Of a stretch of DNA of 64,000 nt, positions 11,667-22,278 are shown one piece after another. Made by a program: the position numbers and the translations under genes. The stretch is from Macrostomum lignano (taxonomy: Eukaryota), in the NCBI GenBank assembly GCA_002269645.1, contig NIVC01000373.1, forward strand, positions 62,001 through 126,000. The letters run 5' to 3'. The notes under the pieces were generated by a model that worked only from the letters and a program-made list of their open reading frames with translations, did no database searches and had not been told where the DNA came from. Numbering within the stretch: position 1 is the stretch's first letter; each line of letters opens with the position of its first letter.

Positions 11667-14207
11667 ATGTACGGTTTTGGTTGCTTATATAACTGCAGCC
11701 TACCTCTTCCTATGCCAGTAAAAGCAGCACATTCGTCTTCAATAACGCTACTGTACAATGGATCAAAGTTTAAGGGGACTCAGAAAAGCAAAGGGAGCAG
11801 TTACGATGTTGAAGTTACCATATTAGTAAGTTTTATTGATATTAATATACTAGCTGTGCAGCTTGTGCTATGCAAACTTAACATTTGGCTTTATAAGTAC
11901 ATTTGTTAATATAATTAGGGCCTATATACTTGCACTAATATTAAATATTAGTAGGACTTATTTATACTTAAACACTTGCATTGCTGGCCAATGATTTGGT
12001 ATAAGCAAATTAGGTAAAAAGAGTAGTAACTTTTTTATACTTTTATATTATTATATTAACCTAAATATCAATGATATGAAATATTCAACTAAAAAATCTG
12101 AATGAATTATAGATCAAATTATAACAAAAACTATTATTGGCATAAATTTGAGTTGGAAATTTTATATTGGCATGTTGCTAACTGCTAGGGTTGATAGGAT
12201 TTTGTCTGCTAGGGCCTAATACAAAGTCATTTTGTTTACTAATTTGGTCATTTTGTCTGCTATGCCCATAGAATATTTTAGGCCTATAAGCTACATATTA
12301 AGTTGTAGCACTCAGAACTCTGAATAAAGAGTTTCAGTCTCAGTGAGACCCTTACCAAAAAATTAATCTTTAGACATGCTTGAAAAATTTGTTTTATCTA
12401 TAGTAGACAAAAAGGTGATAGATGATATCATTGCATACCATTGCTAGTATAGCAGCTATTACTACTACCATTGACACAGTGTTTTTTTAAATACAAAGAT
12501 AGGAGAAAGTTTAGTATAAACTAGTCTAGAATTGCAAGGCTATGGAGAGAACTTATATTTAAATCTTTAGCTAAACATAAGCATTTAATATGAAATAAGC
12601 AAGTGCTGACACCACTAGATTAAATACACTACACCACCAATTTTACTGGTTTCATATATAGACATTTCCATATCTTTCTAACAATTTCAGTTAATTTTTG
12701 GAAAAAAATTTGATGCTGGAAAAAGGACACCACAGACATTTGAGGCTGTATAACATTAGTACTGACCTTCCCTCACATTCCCTGGTATAACTCTAACTGA
12801 AACCAGATAGAAAGGAAATTCAAATGACAGTTTTTTGTTGCAAAATTATCTTTAGTTTGACACATAAAACATAAAAATTGGTCAAGGTACTCATGCTTGG
12901 GCGCAACCTAGGGATTCACCCGGCCTTTTCTATTGGCAACACAGACATGTAAGTCGCTATTGGACGGGATAGTAGTCACGTGACTGTTCTCAGCCAATAG
13001 CGACTTACATGTCTGTGTTGCCAATAGAAACGGCCGAGTGATTCCCAAGGTTGCACATGTATGAAGGTACTGAGCTAGAGCAAACATTCCTGGAACTTTT
13101 GGGACACCCCTAGTAGTTTTATATAATAAATTAAATTAATTAGTCAAGTTGCTGAGAAATCATTGTAAAAAGTGTATATGCCATCAATTTTAATCCAGAC
13201 TACACTGCACTTTCGACCCAACAGAATGCTAATCTGGAGTCGCACAGGCTCTGTGGCCAGCTGTCCCTCCAGGGCCCCAGCATGGACTTGGCGATGACCA
13301 CCTACTTTGAGGGCGAGCTGGTGGGCCAGCGGCACTCGTTCCTCACCCGCAAGTGGGACGTTGATGATGAGGTGGACAGGCGGCACTGGAGCAAGTTCCC
13401 CGCCTTCGCCGAGCACCTGCAGTCTGCCTTCGAGGCCGACACGCTGGACTACGCGGCCCTCGAGGACTCTGACTTTGTCTTCATGCGCTGGAAAGAGCGC
13501 TTCTCCATCAGCAACTGCTCCGCCAGCAATGTCTCCTTTGCCGGCTTCTACTACATCTGCTTCCAGAAGTCCACCGGCCACATCGATGGCTACTACTATC
13601 ACCGCGGCAGCGAGATGTGAGCAGGGGTATAGGGCAGTGAGCAGGAATATGGGGCAGTCAGCAGGGGCATGGGGCAGTGAGCAGGGGTATGGGGCAGTGA
13701 GCAGGGGCATGGGGCAGTGAGCAGGGGTATGGGGCAGTGAGCAGGGGCATTGAGCAGGGGCATGGGGTATGGGACAGTGAGCAGGGGTATGGGGCAGTGA
13801 GCAGGGGTATGGGGCAGTGAGCAGGGGTATGGGGCAGTGAGCAGGGGAATGGGGCAGTGAGCAGGGGTATGGGGCAGTGAGCAGGGGAATGGGGCAGTGA
13901 GCAGGGGTATGGGGCAGTGAGCAGGGGTATGGGGCAGTGAGCAGGGTTATGGGGCAGTGAGCAGGGGTATGGGGCAGTGAGCAGGGGTATGGGGCAGTGA
14001 GCAGGGGAATGGGGCAGTGAGCAGGGGAATGGGGCAGTGAGCAGGGGTATGGGGCAGGGGTATGGGACAGTGGGCAAGGTATGGGCAGTCAACAGCGGCA
14101 TGGGGCGGATCCATTTACCGTGCTGTCACCCGCCGCACCGCAGGTTCCAGACGCTGTCCTTGAACCACGTCAGTCTCCGAAGCAGCGGCATCTACGAGCC
14201 CATGTGA
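11667..14207 (+). CDS. GID4: GID/CTLH complex substrate receptor GID4 (Vid24 family), about 204 aa; exons 11667-11825, 13225-13616, 14144-14207
   Basis: LLYNGSKFKGTQKSKGSSYDVEV|...LCGQL...TTYFEGE...FLTRKWDVDDEVDRRHWSKF...FVFMRWKERF...SFAGFYYICFQK...GYYYHRGSEM|FQTLSL matches GID4 motifs. Splice phases are consistent and total 615 nt. Confidence 0.92.
12892..13063. mobile_element. 172-bp palindromic MITE with a perfect 8-bp TSD (hAT- or P-like), GID4 intron 1
   Basis: AAGGTACT at 12884-12891 and 13064-13071. Inverted arms of about 61 bp (12903-12963 and 12994-13054) with about 5 mismatches; central palindrome AGTCACGTGACT. Confidence 0.85.
13617..14085 (+). repeat. 20-bp minisatellite (GTGAGCAGGGGTATGGGGCA), about 22 copies, starting at the donor of GID4 intron 2
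   Basis: The unit begins with the GTGAGC donor at 13617. Confidence 0.95.
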
Positions 14208-14463
14208 TGGGGTGGCCACTCAGCCCGAACAACTTGCTAATCAAATGACTGATTATGACTGTTCATAAGCGGTATTTAACATTTTTGTTTCAGATGTGTA
14301 AATAATGCTAATTGTAAATACATGTGAAAGTGAACTGTTTAGATTTTCATCTAACCTGCAGGATAAACAATAACAAGCAAACGAGGTGTTTTTATTTTTG
14401 TTGTTTTTCACAAAGAGAGCAAACAAACGCAGCCAGTTGAAATGCAGAGTTGAAATGCGGAAT

Positions 14464-17400
14464 TCAGAAATCGTAGCTCTGCAGCTGGTAGAGGCGAGGC
14501 CCCTTCTGCAGCAGGAAGCCCTGACTGTTCAACGCCTGCAGCAGGGCGGTGGCGTCCGTGGAGACGCCGAGGGAGCGCACGTGCTGCATGAGCTCCTCGG
14601 AGCTGAACAGCCGGTTCTGCCGCTGCTCGGCCGCCCGCTGCAGCCGTTGGAGGAGCCGCTTGGCCGCCGAGCGGCAGGAGACGCCACTGGAGCGGCTGAC
14701 GTCCACGGCGCCGGTGTCGTCGGAGAGGAGGTCGCGGACGCAGTCGCGGGTCAGCTGGATGGCGCAGCGGGCGTCCTCGGCGGTGCACAGTTCGCGCAGT
14801 TCGGCGCGGGCCCGGGCCTCGGTGAGGCGGACCAGCGACTCGAGCTGGCGGGTGGTCACCGGGCAGGCGTCCCGGCAGCGCAGGCCGGCGCGCAGCTCCA
14901 AGTAGAATTTCTGCAGCTCGGCGGCAGCCTCCCTGGTCAGGCGCGGCTGCACGTACTTGCGGGCGTACGCGATGTACTTGCGCATGAGCGCGTGCGGCAC
15001 CGGGTTGCCTGCGGGGAGCGCGGAAACTGCCATGAGCATGGCTTTACATTTTCGAGGTCTTGCAAGCTAGGTTCAAACATTAAGAATTGGAGTATGTGTT
15101 CCCATGCATTTACACATGTAGTACTGGAAATTTGATATCCCCGTAAGCACCCACAATATTTTCCCCATTTCATGGAATCTCCCCAGCTGCCCACCTCCGG
15201 CGGCGGCGGCCATGGCAGCAGAGACTCCGCCAACGCTGCTGCCAGCAGAGCTGCCTGCGCGAGAGTGCAGCGACATGACGTGCTCGGACAGCAGGCCGTC
15301 CAGCCGGCGGTCCGGCCGGTCCACCAGGATGAAGGCCAGGTCGAAGCGGCTGAGCAGCGCGGCGCTCATCCGCAGATTCTCGCCGACGGTGCGCGCCCGG
15401 TCGAAGTGGCCGCTGACTGGGTTGGCGGCTGCCACCACGGAGCAGCGGGCCGGCAGGCTGCAGACGACGCCAGCCTTGGCGATGCTGACGCTCTGCTGCT
15501 CCATAGCCTCCAGCAGCGCGGCGTGCTGCTTGGCCATCTTGTCAAACTCGTCGATGCAGCAGACGCCGCGGTCCGCCAGCACCAGGGCTCCGGCCTCCAG
15601 GCCCGACTCGTTGGAGCCGCGGTCCTTCGACAGTGAGATGGTCAAGCCTGGGGGAGTGCAGTGCACACAGGGTCTGACAGGGCATGATTGAGCTGACTGA
15701 ATTCCCCGAACTGACAGGACATGATTGAGCTGACTGAATTCCCCGAACTGACAGGACATGATTGAGCTGACTGAATTCCCCGAACTGACAGCACATGATT
15801 GAGCAGACAGAAATCCCCAAACAGAAGGCGCACCCACCCGCCGTGCTGGAGGTGTTGCCGCACACGTAGACGCTGCGCGGGGCGACGCTGGCCACGGCCT
15901 GCAGCATCTGGCTCTTGCCCAGGCCGGGGTCGCCCACCACCAGCACATGGCTCTCGCTGCGGACGCCCAACTCGCCGCCGCGCTGCGAGCCGCCGAACAG
16001 GGCCAACAGAAGGCCGGACTTGACGCTCTCGTGACCGAAGATGGCCGGGCACAGCGAGGCCACCAGGGTGCTGAATACATTCGGCAGCGAATGCATCGCC
16101 TCGATGGCGTACAGCTCCTTCACGGTGAACTCCGAGTCCACCATTGCGTCGCCGGGAGCGGAGCGGCGCTGCTGGTCGCTGTGCAGGGCGCACACGCGGA
16201 GCATCACGTTCAGCACGCAGCGGTCCTCGGCGGCGGCCCGGGCGGCCACCACGCCAGTGACCGTCACCGTGTCGCCGGGGGCGCACGAGTCCACGAGATC
16301 GTGGGACACCTCGCACTCCAGGGTGCGCGGCACGCGGCCCTGTCGGCGGGTGGACCAAAGTCTGGCGTGATTTCGGTTGATGCCTCTGTCTGCGCTGCTC
16401 CCCGATTCACCCGCCCCTCCAGTCCGCTGCTCCCCGATTCACCCGCCCCTCCAGTCCGCTGCTTCCCCGCCCCTCCAGTTGCATTCACGCCCCTCCAGTC
16501 CAGTCTGCTCCCTGATTCACCCGCCCCTCTAGCCCGCCATTTAAAACCGCCACCATCCCAATGACCCGCCATTTAAAACCGCCACCATCCCAATGACCCG
16601 CCATTTAAAACCGCCACCATCCCAATGACCCGCTATTCAAAACCGCCAAGAGCCTGATGACCCGCCACCAGCCCAATGACCCGCCATTGAAATCCGCCAC
16701 CAACCCAATGACCCGCCGATCGGCTGTTCACTCGCCTGATCATCCACGGTGGTCTCCTGCAGCCTCAGGGTCTGCGCGTCGGCCGTCTGAGTGAGCGGCG
16801 AGGCGCGCACGGGGCGGAAGGTCCGAGAGCGACAGCCGCCGGAGCACTGGGCTGGCGCGGCGAAGCGGCCGCTCTCGTCCAGCGCGAGCACGCAGACGGT
16901 GGCGCAGGCTTCGCACTGGAAGGCCAGTCGGCGACAGACGGCACGGACGGCGCCAACGCGAATGACGGTGCCGCGCACGCTGACCAGACGGCCCAGCATG
17001 CGGGCCTTCAGGTCCTGCATCTGGGTGAGCTCGGGTAGGCTGCCGATCCGGCAGTGCAGCAGCGGCACGCTCGGTGGCGACTGCTGCGAAGGAAGCAGAT
17101 TGAGGAGGGTCTGGAGGCGCTGGTCTGGGTGGTCCGGGCAATTCTATTGGTCAGTTCAGGAGGATTCTCTGGGGCTTTTAAAAAAGAAGTTCAGGTGCGA
17201 TTCTTGGGTAGCTCAGGAGCGGTTTCAGAGTAGTTCAGGAGCTGTTTTCAGGGTAGTTTAGGAGCGATCCTCAGGGTAGTTCAGAAGCGATTTTAAGGGT
17301 AGTTCAGGAGCGATTTTAAAGGTAGTTTAGGAGCTATTCTCAAAGTAGTTCAGGAGCGATTCTCAGGGCAATTCCCAGGAGCGATCCTCGGGGTAGTTCA

Positions 17401-18178
17401 GAAGCAATTATGGGTAGTTCAGGGGCGGTTTTCAGGGCAGTTCAGGGGCGGTTTTCAGGGTAGTTCAGAGCGATCCTCTGGGAAGTTCAGGAGCGATCCT
17501 CAGGGCAGTTCAGAGCGATTCTCAGGGTAGTTCAGGGGCGTATTATGGGGGCTCATAAACATCATTCTGATTGGCTAGAGTGTGAGTTGCAGTTCATGTT
17601 ATTCAGCTCTCCAAGCCGAGCCCCAGGCTCACCTGAGCAGCAGCCCGGTGTCGGCACACCAGCGAGTGCAGCGCCAGGTGCAAGCAGGCCAGGTAGGTGT
17701 CCGGCTGCGCCACCAGATCCTCGGCAAAGTTGGCTACTTCGGCCTGCGGCTCCGGCGCCTCCAGCAGCTGCTGGCTGGGCACCGAAAGGCCGCCAGCGTC
17801 CTGCACGGCTTCCAGGGAGACGCCGCACTCGTCAACGTAGCGGCCCAGGAAAGCGAGGAAGGCCCGCGTCAGGCGCACCTGAGCCAGCCCGGCCTGGTAG
17901 CGCAGCCTTGGAAAGTACAGGCTCCAGCCCGGGAACTCCACGCCTGCGGGCGCCTCCAGCACCAGGCCGCTGGACTGCTGCTGCTGAGACTGCTGCTGCG
18001 GCACTTCGTCCTCCTCCATGCCCGCCGCTCCCATCACGCTGTGGAAGCCGCCGCCTGCGCCACCTCTGCCGCGGGTGCCGCCGCGGTTGCCTCCACGGAA
18101 GCCGCCGCGCCACGAATTGCGAAAGAATCGGCGGCCGCCGCCACCACGGCCGCCTCGGTGCGGAGTGAAGGAGGCCAT
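14464..18178 (-). CDS. MCM8: DNA helicase MCM8, about 797 aa; exons 18178-17633, 17083-16736, 16339-15838, 15647-15195, 15008-14464
   Basis: RG-rich N-terminus, Zn finger, [20 protein letters not shown], Walker [12 protein letters not shown], Walker B IDEFDKM, Arg finger [42 protein letters not shown]. Exon phases are consistent (2394 nt). Confidence 0.93.
15676..15800. repeat. 37-bp tandem repeat (about 3.3 copies), MCM8 intron 3
   Basis: CATGATTGAG at 15683, 15720 and 15757. Confidence 0.9.
16390..16720. repeat. Two adjacent arrays with ~32-bp units, MCM8 intron 2
   Basis: Units CCCCGATTCACCCGCCCCTCCAGTCCGCTGCT and CCCAATGACCCGCCATTTAAAACCGCCACCAT. Confidence 0.85.
17150..17540. repeat. 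Degenerate ~22-bp minisatellite (GTAGTTCAGGAGCGATTCTCAGG-like), MCM8 intron 1
   Basis: Recurrent GTAGTTCAGG(A/G)GCG motif. Confidence 0.85.
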
Positions 18179-18872
18179 GCGCTGGGCTGCTGGCTGAAAG
18201 TGGCAGCTGTCTGACTAAACTTCTACACGCACACATTGGCCTTGACTTTGACTGCACCAGTTTTCACAGAGATTCCACAGTGTCTAATCTGCATGCTACA
18301 ATTTATGCTCTATCACAGAATTTAATGTGAATATTTTATACTTCTCTGATTTTAGCTTATAGATTTTAATAAACAATTTAAAAAATCAAACTTAGTCATT
18401 CATTGCCTTAATGAAATTTGTGGCTATGTTAACTGTTAGATATAATTAGACCACTATCTACTCTGATCAAGCTAGATGAGTAGGTTTGGCAAGTATATTT
18501 TTTGTTTAGAAGTGAAATTGGAATATTTGGCTTTGGTATCCTTAGCCAATCAAAGTTTTAAGATTTTATAGGTTCTAAAACCCCAAAAATAAGAATTTAA
18601 ATTAATATAGAACATATTTTATTTAATAGTAAGTATGTAAATGTAAACAGGTCTATTATTAATCTATAATAAGAAAAATTAAACAGAAATTAAAATTTAC
18701 TAAATTCAATTTTTTCTCATTGTTATAGCATAATATAACAGATACTAAGGTAAAAAATAGTATAAAGAATATAATTAGTATTTAATAGACTTTAGAAAGT
18801 TTTTAAACACTTTCTAAAATCTTTTAAATAGGCATAAGCTAGCCAAATAATAATTCCATTAATTTTTAAGAG

Positions 18873-19142
18873 CATACATGTGCAACCTCCAAAATTTGGT
18901 TGGCTGTGCAACTTAGTTTTTACAAAAATGCGACATAGTTTTTGGCCAAAACGTGAGTTACATGAAAAGAAACCCTATAGCAAAATTAACACAAATTTGG
19001 GTAAACGGCAAGAGTAACTATGACTGTCTTATTAAGGCAAAATGCCTCACCATCTACTTAGTATTACTTAAGTTTTTTTTTGGGTGGGCATTTTTGCAAC
19101 TGACCTTGGTTGGCCACCAAATCCAACTGTTGCGCATGTATG
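18873..19142. mobile_element. 270-bp MITE with TIR CATACATGYGCAAC (shares its terminus with the 12892 element)
   Basis: Left CATACATGTGCAAC; right GTTGCGCATGTATG. Flanks TTTAAGAG and TGTAAGAA match 6/8, as expected for a degraded 8-bp TSD. Confidence 0.6.
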
Positions 19143-21089
19143 TGTAAGAATACAAGCTTGCATGTTGCAAGCCTAATTATTTTTATTAATTATTAATAAC
19201 CTCTCTTAGTATAATTATAAATCTTATATCCAAATGTTAAAAATTCTTCTATTTGTCTAAGACTCAATAATAAAAAATAGATCCAGGCAATAAAAAGCAA
19301 AAACATTAGAAATCAAGACAATGCAAATTATAATAAATTTAAGATACATATATTAAGATATATTGTATCTTATCTTATTATTATCTTATATAATATACAA
19401 TATATTGTATATATTGTATATTACAAGTTAAGATATACTGCTATACAGGTATAGCAGTAAAGTACTGAGTCCGCTTCTTATTCCCACCATCACAATTCAC
19501 ATCCTTGGTATGGGTTCTTGGCACATTTCTGTAGAAAAGTTTCTATTTCTATAGAAAAAAAATTCTATTTAATGAGCATTAGTCATTAGATGTCAAAAGT
19601 TGCTGGTTTTTTGTCCTTTTTTAGGCCTCCAAACAGTATATTTACATGTATACTATAATCGCCAAATATTATGAGCAATCCTTTTACTTGATATTTTTCA
19701 TTGACAGATTAATGCATGCATATCTATTGCATTTTGGACAAACCATTGTTTGGCATAAAAGCCATACAGTACCTGTTTTTATAACTCTCTTCTTAATTAC
19801 CTGTCATTCTGTTGTTTGTTCATATAGTTTGTAAAAACTGCAAAAAAATCCTATATGCTCTTTCAAATATTATATTTTATACAATTTTGTTATCACCTGA
19901 TTAATATCTATATAACTTATTTTTATAACCTATGGGCTAAACTTTTTTGTGCAATATCACCAACTACATACATAAATTTCACGGAATACTTTTTTAACTC
20001 CTTGCTTTTTCTTTCACCTCATTAGTCGTCCAAAGTTTCGTCAACAAAATTTATATGTTCTTTCAAATACCATATTGCAAAACTCGTACTTGTAATTGTA
20101 GTAAATAACTAATGCTAAAATATTGCCTTCTGTTCCTGAAGTAATCTTAAAATACACAGAAATATATTGGCCAAACAGGCTTCTTGCCTAAGCCAACTTA
20201 CTACTACTTTTATATAATTTTAGTCAGATAGGCCCTATAAATCAATGATTTGTAATTGAAGATAGCACTAAAAATTATATCATAGACTACTTATAAAGTT
20301 AAACATGAGAGTTCCATTCATATATAGTTCACAAATATTATTTTTAAACAATATCAATAAACTCCTAAAATATCTAGTATGAGATATGAATACTTATAAA
20401 AATATTTATTGAATGACAAATAAAAAAATCTATTATACAATAAAAAAATCAAAACATGGCTATATAAACTAAATAGCTAAATTTAGTTAGCTAAATATAT
20501 ATAAGGGATTATAAGCTAGGCTATATAAACTAAAATTTCCAAAATCCATATTGTATTGTGATACTAGGCCTAGCACTTTTACTGAATGTCTAACATTTTG
20601 CATCAAAAATTGCAAAAAATATCAATGATCTTGATGAGGATGTCTACAAAAAGTCAGATACAAAAATTGACAACAAACTGAGCTAAAATCAAAATGTTCT
20701 AATTAAACAATAAGACAATTCAATCCATTCAGTCCACAGCTTAGGTAAATTTAAAAGATTAGAATCTTCATACCGTTCAAGGGTGGTATGCCAAGGAACT
20801 AAAAGGTACAAACGGCCAGTCAGCTAGCTACCAGACTCCAGAGCAGCTAAACTCGCACTCGCTAACTTGCCAATAAGCGTGCTCAGACTGATAGTAGTGA
20901 TTTTAAAGGGCCCGTCTGTCTTGTGGGGAAAATCTAAATTCGTGCGTAAAATTTCGTAATTATAATAAACAAGTTTTCCAGACAAAGAAATTTCAAGAAT
21001 TTTCTCTGAACCTAGCTCGTATTTTACTCTGATGGATCCCTGAAACTGATAGTCTGGTGGCTACTAATAGCTTTGAATAATTGAAATCA

Positions 21090-21278
21090 CAGGGGCGGAC
21101 TCACGGGGTCGGGGGCCTGCATGCCCCCCTCAGCCGTTGGCCAAAAAATTGGGCAATACATTTTTTGGCCTGTAACTACATGTACGCTCGTGTGCATGTA
21201 GATTTTCTTATATTGGGTTGTTGTAGTTCCTTGTTATAGCTTGTCCCCCCCACAAAAATATTTTTGAGTTCACCCCTG
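21090..21278. mobile_element. Short hAT-like MITE candidate
   Basis: Left CAGGGGCGGACTCA versus right TGAGTTCACCCCTG (12/14 inverted match). No TSD found. Confidence 0.4.
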
Positions 21279-22278
21279 GATTAAAAATATTTTCAATTTA
21301 TACTATTACTACCTAGCTTTGACTCTATATCTGTAACCGCTCTTAATCTGTAAAAAATCTGCGCAAAAAGACCTGAAGACTGTTAGATAGTCGACGCTGA
21401 AGCACAAATTAAAGCTTCTGATTCATTTTTCATTATTCATTTTGTAAACGAGGATTTTTTTACCAATTACATATGTATATGTCGATACTGGACTATTATT
21501 CCAAGTACCCAACAAATACAGTACGAGATCCCACAAAAGTACATGCACAAGTATATGCTGCTCGAAGGTCATATTTCAAGGCCCATCCGAAGAAGTAACT
21601 GTGCCATGCAGATTCGCACTGCTGCCAGTGTGTCATTAACGACGAGGCAAACATTAAACATATCGTGCGACAGTGCTTCTGGCTTGGCTAGCTGCATGCA
21701 GCACTTGCCGGTGATGCAGCACTGCAGCTGACACAGACCAGATACATAATTTTTTCCACCTAAATCCGCCCCTGACCCACTAAATGAGTGGGTCATTTTG
21801 AGTGGATGAGTGGATGAGTGGATGAGTGGACTAAATGAGTGGATTGTCTCAAGGCTTTCATTATAGTTTCTGATAAGTCACTTTGAAATGTTTAATGACA
21901 CGTTATTATAAGTTCTGCTTGATATAAGCTAAAGTGTAAGCTCCATCTGCTAACGAAACGCTGGAATTCAGTACGTGCTACACAATGCGTCAACCAGGAA
22001 CACGTCTACCAGTCTCACTGTGCTATTTTTAGCTCAGCGGTCAGAGCCGGTTAGGGAGTGACTTGGCGGAGAGTACTGGCAGCAAGACGAAAAGCACTGC
22101 ATGACACTAAAAATAGAACTGCACGGCTCAGGGTTGCACAAGACTGATTCATTTTAGATAAAAAATTTAGTATACACGCTCGTAGCAATGTGTAGATAAA
22201 ACAGAGAAGCAATTAACAGGGTGGAGAACTCACGAAACACTCAACAGGATTTAAAGAGACCCGATCAGCACAAGTAAA

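Noticed and set aside
18200-21000. Hidden gene in the AT-rich block
   Set aside because: Only short low-GC ORFs with no motifs; just one MITE is recognisable.
22029-22050. tRNA-like TAGCTCAGCGGTCAGAGC
   Set aside because: It resembles an A box/D arm, but there is no downstream T arm (GTTCRA) or acceptor stem.
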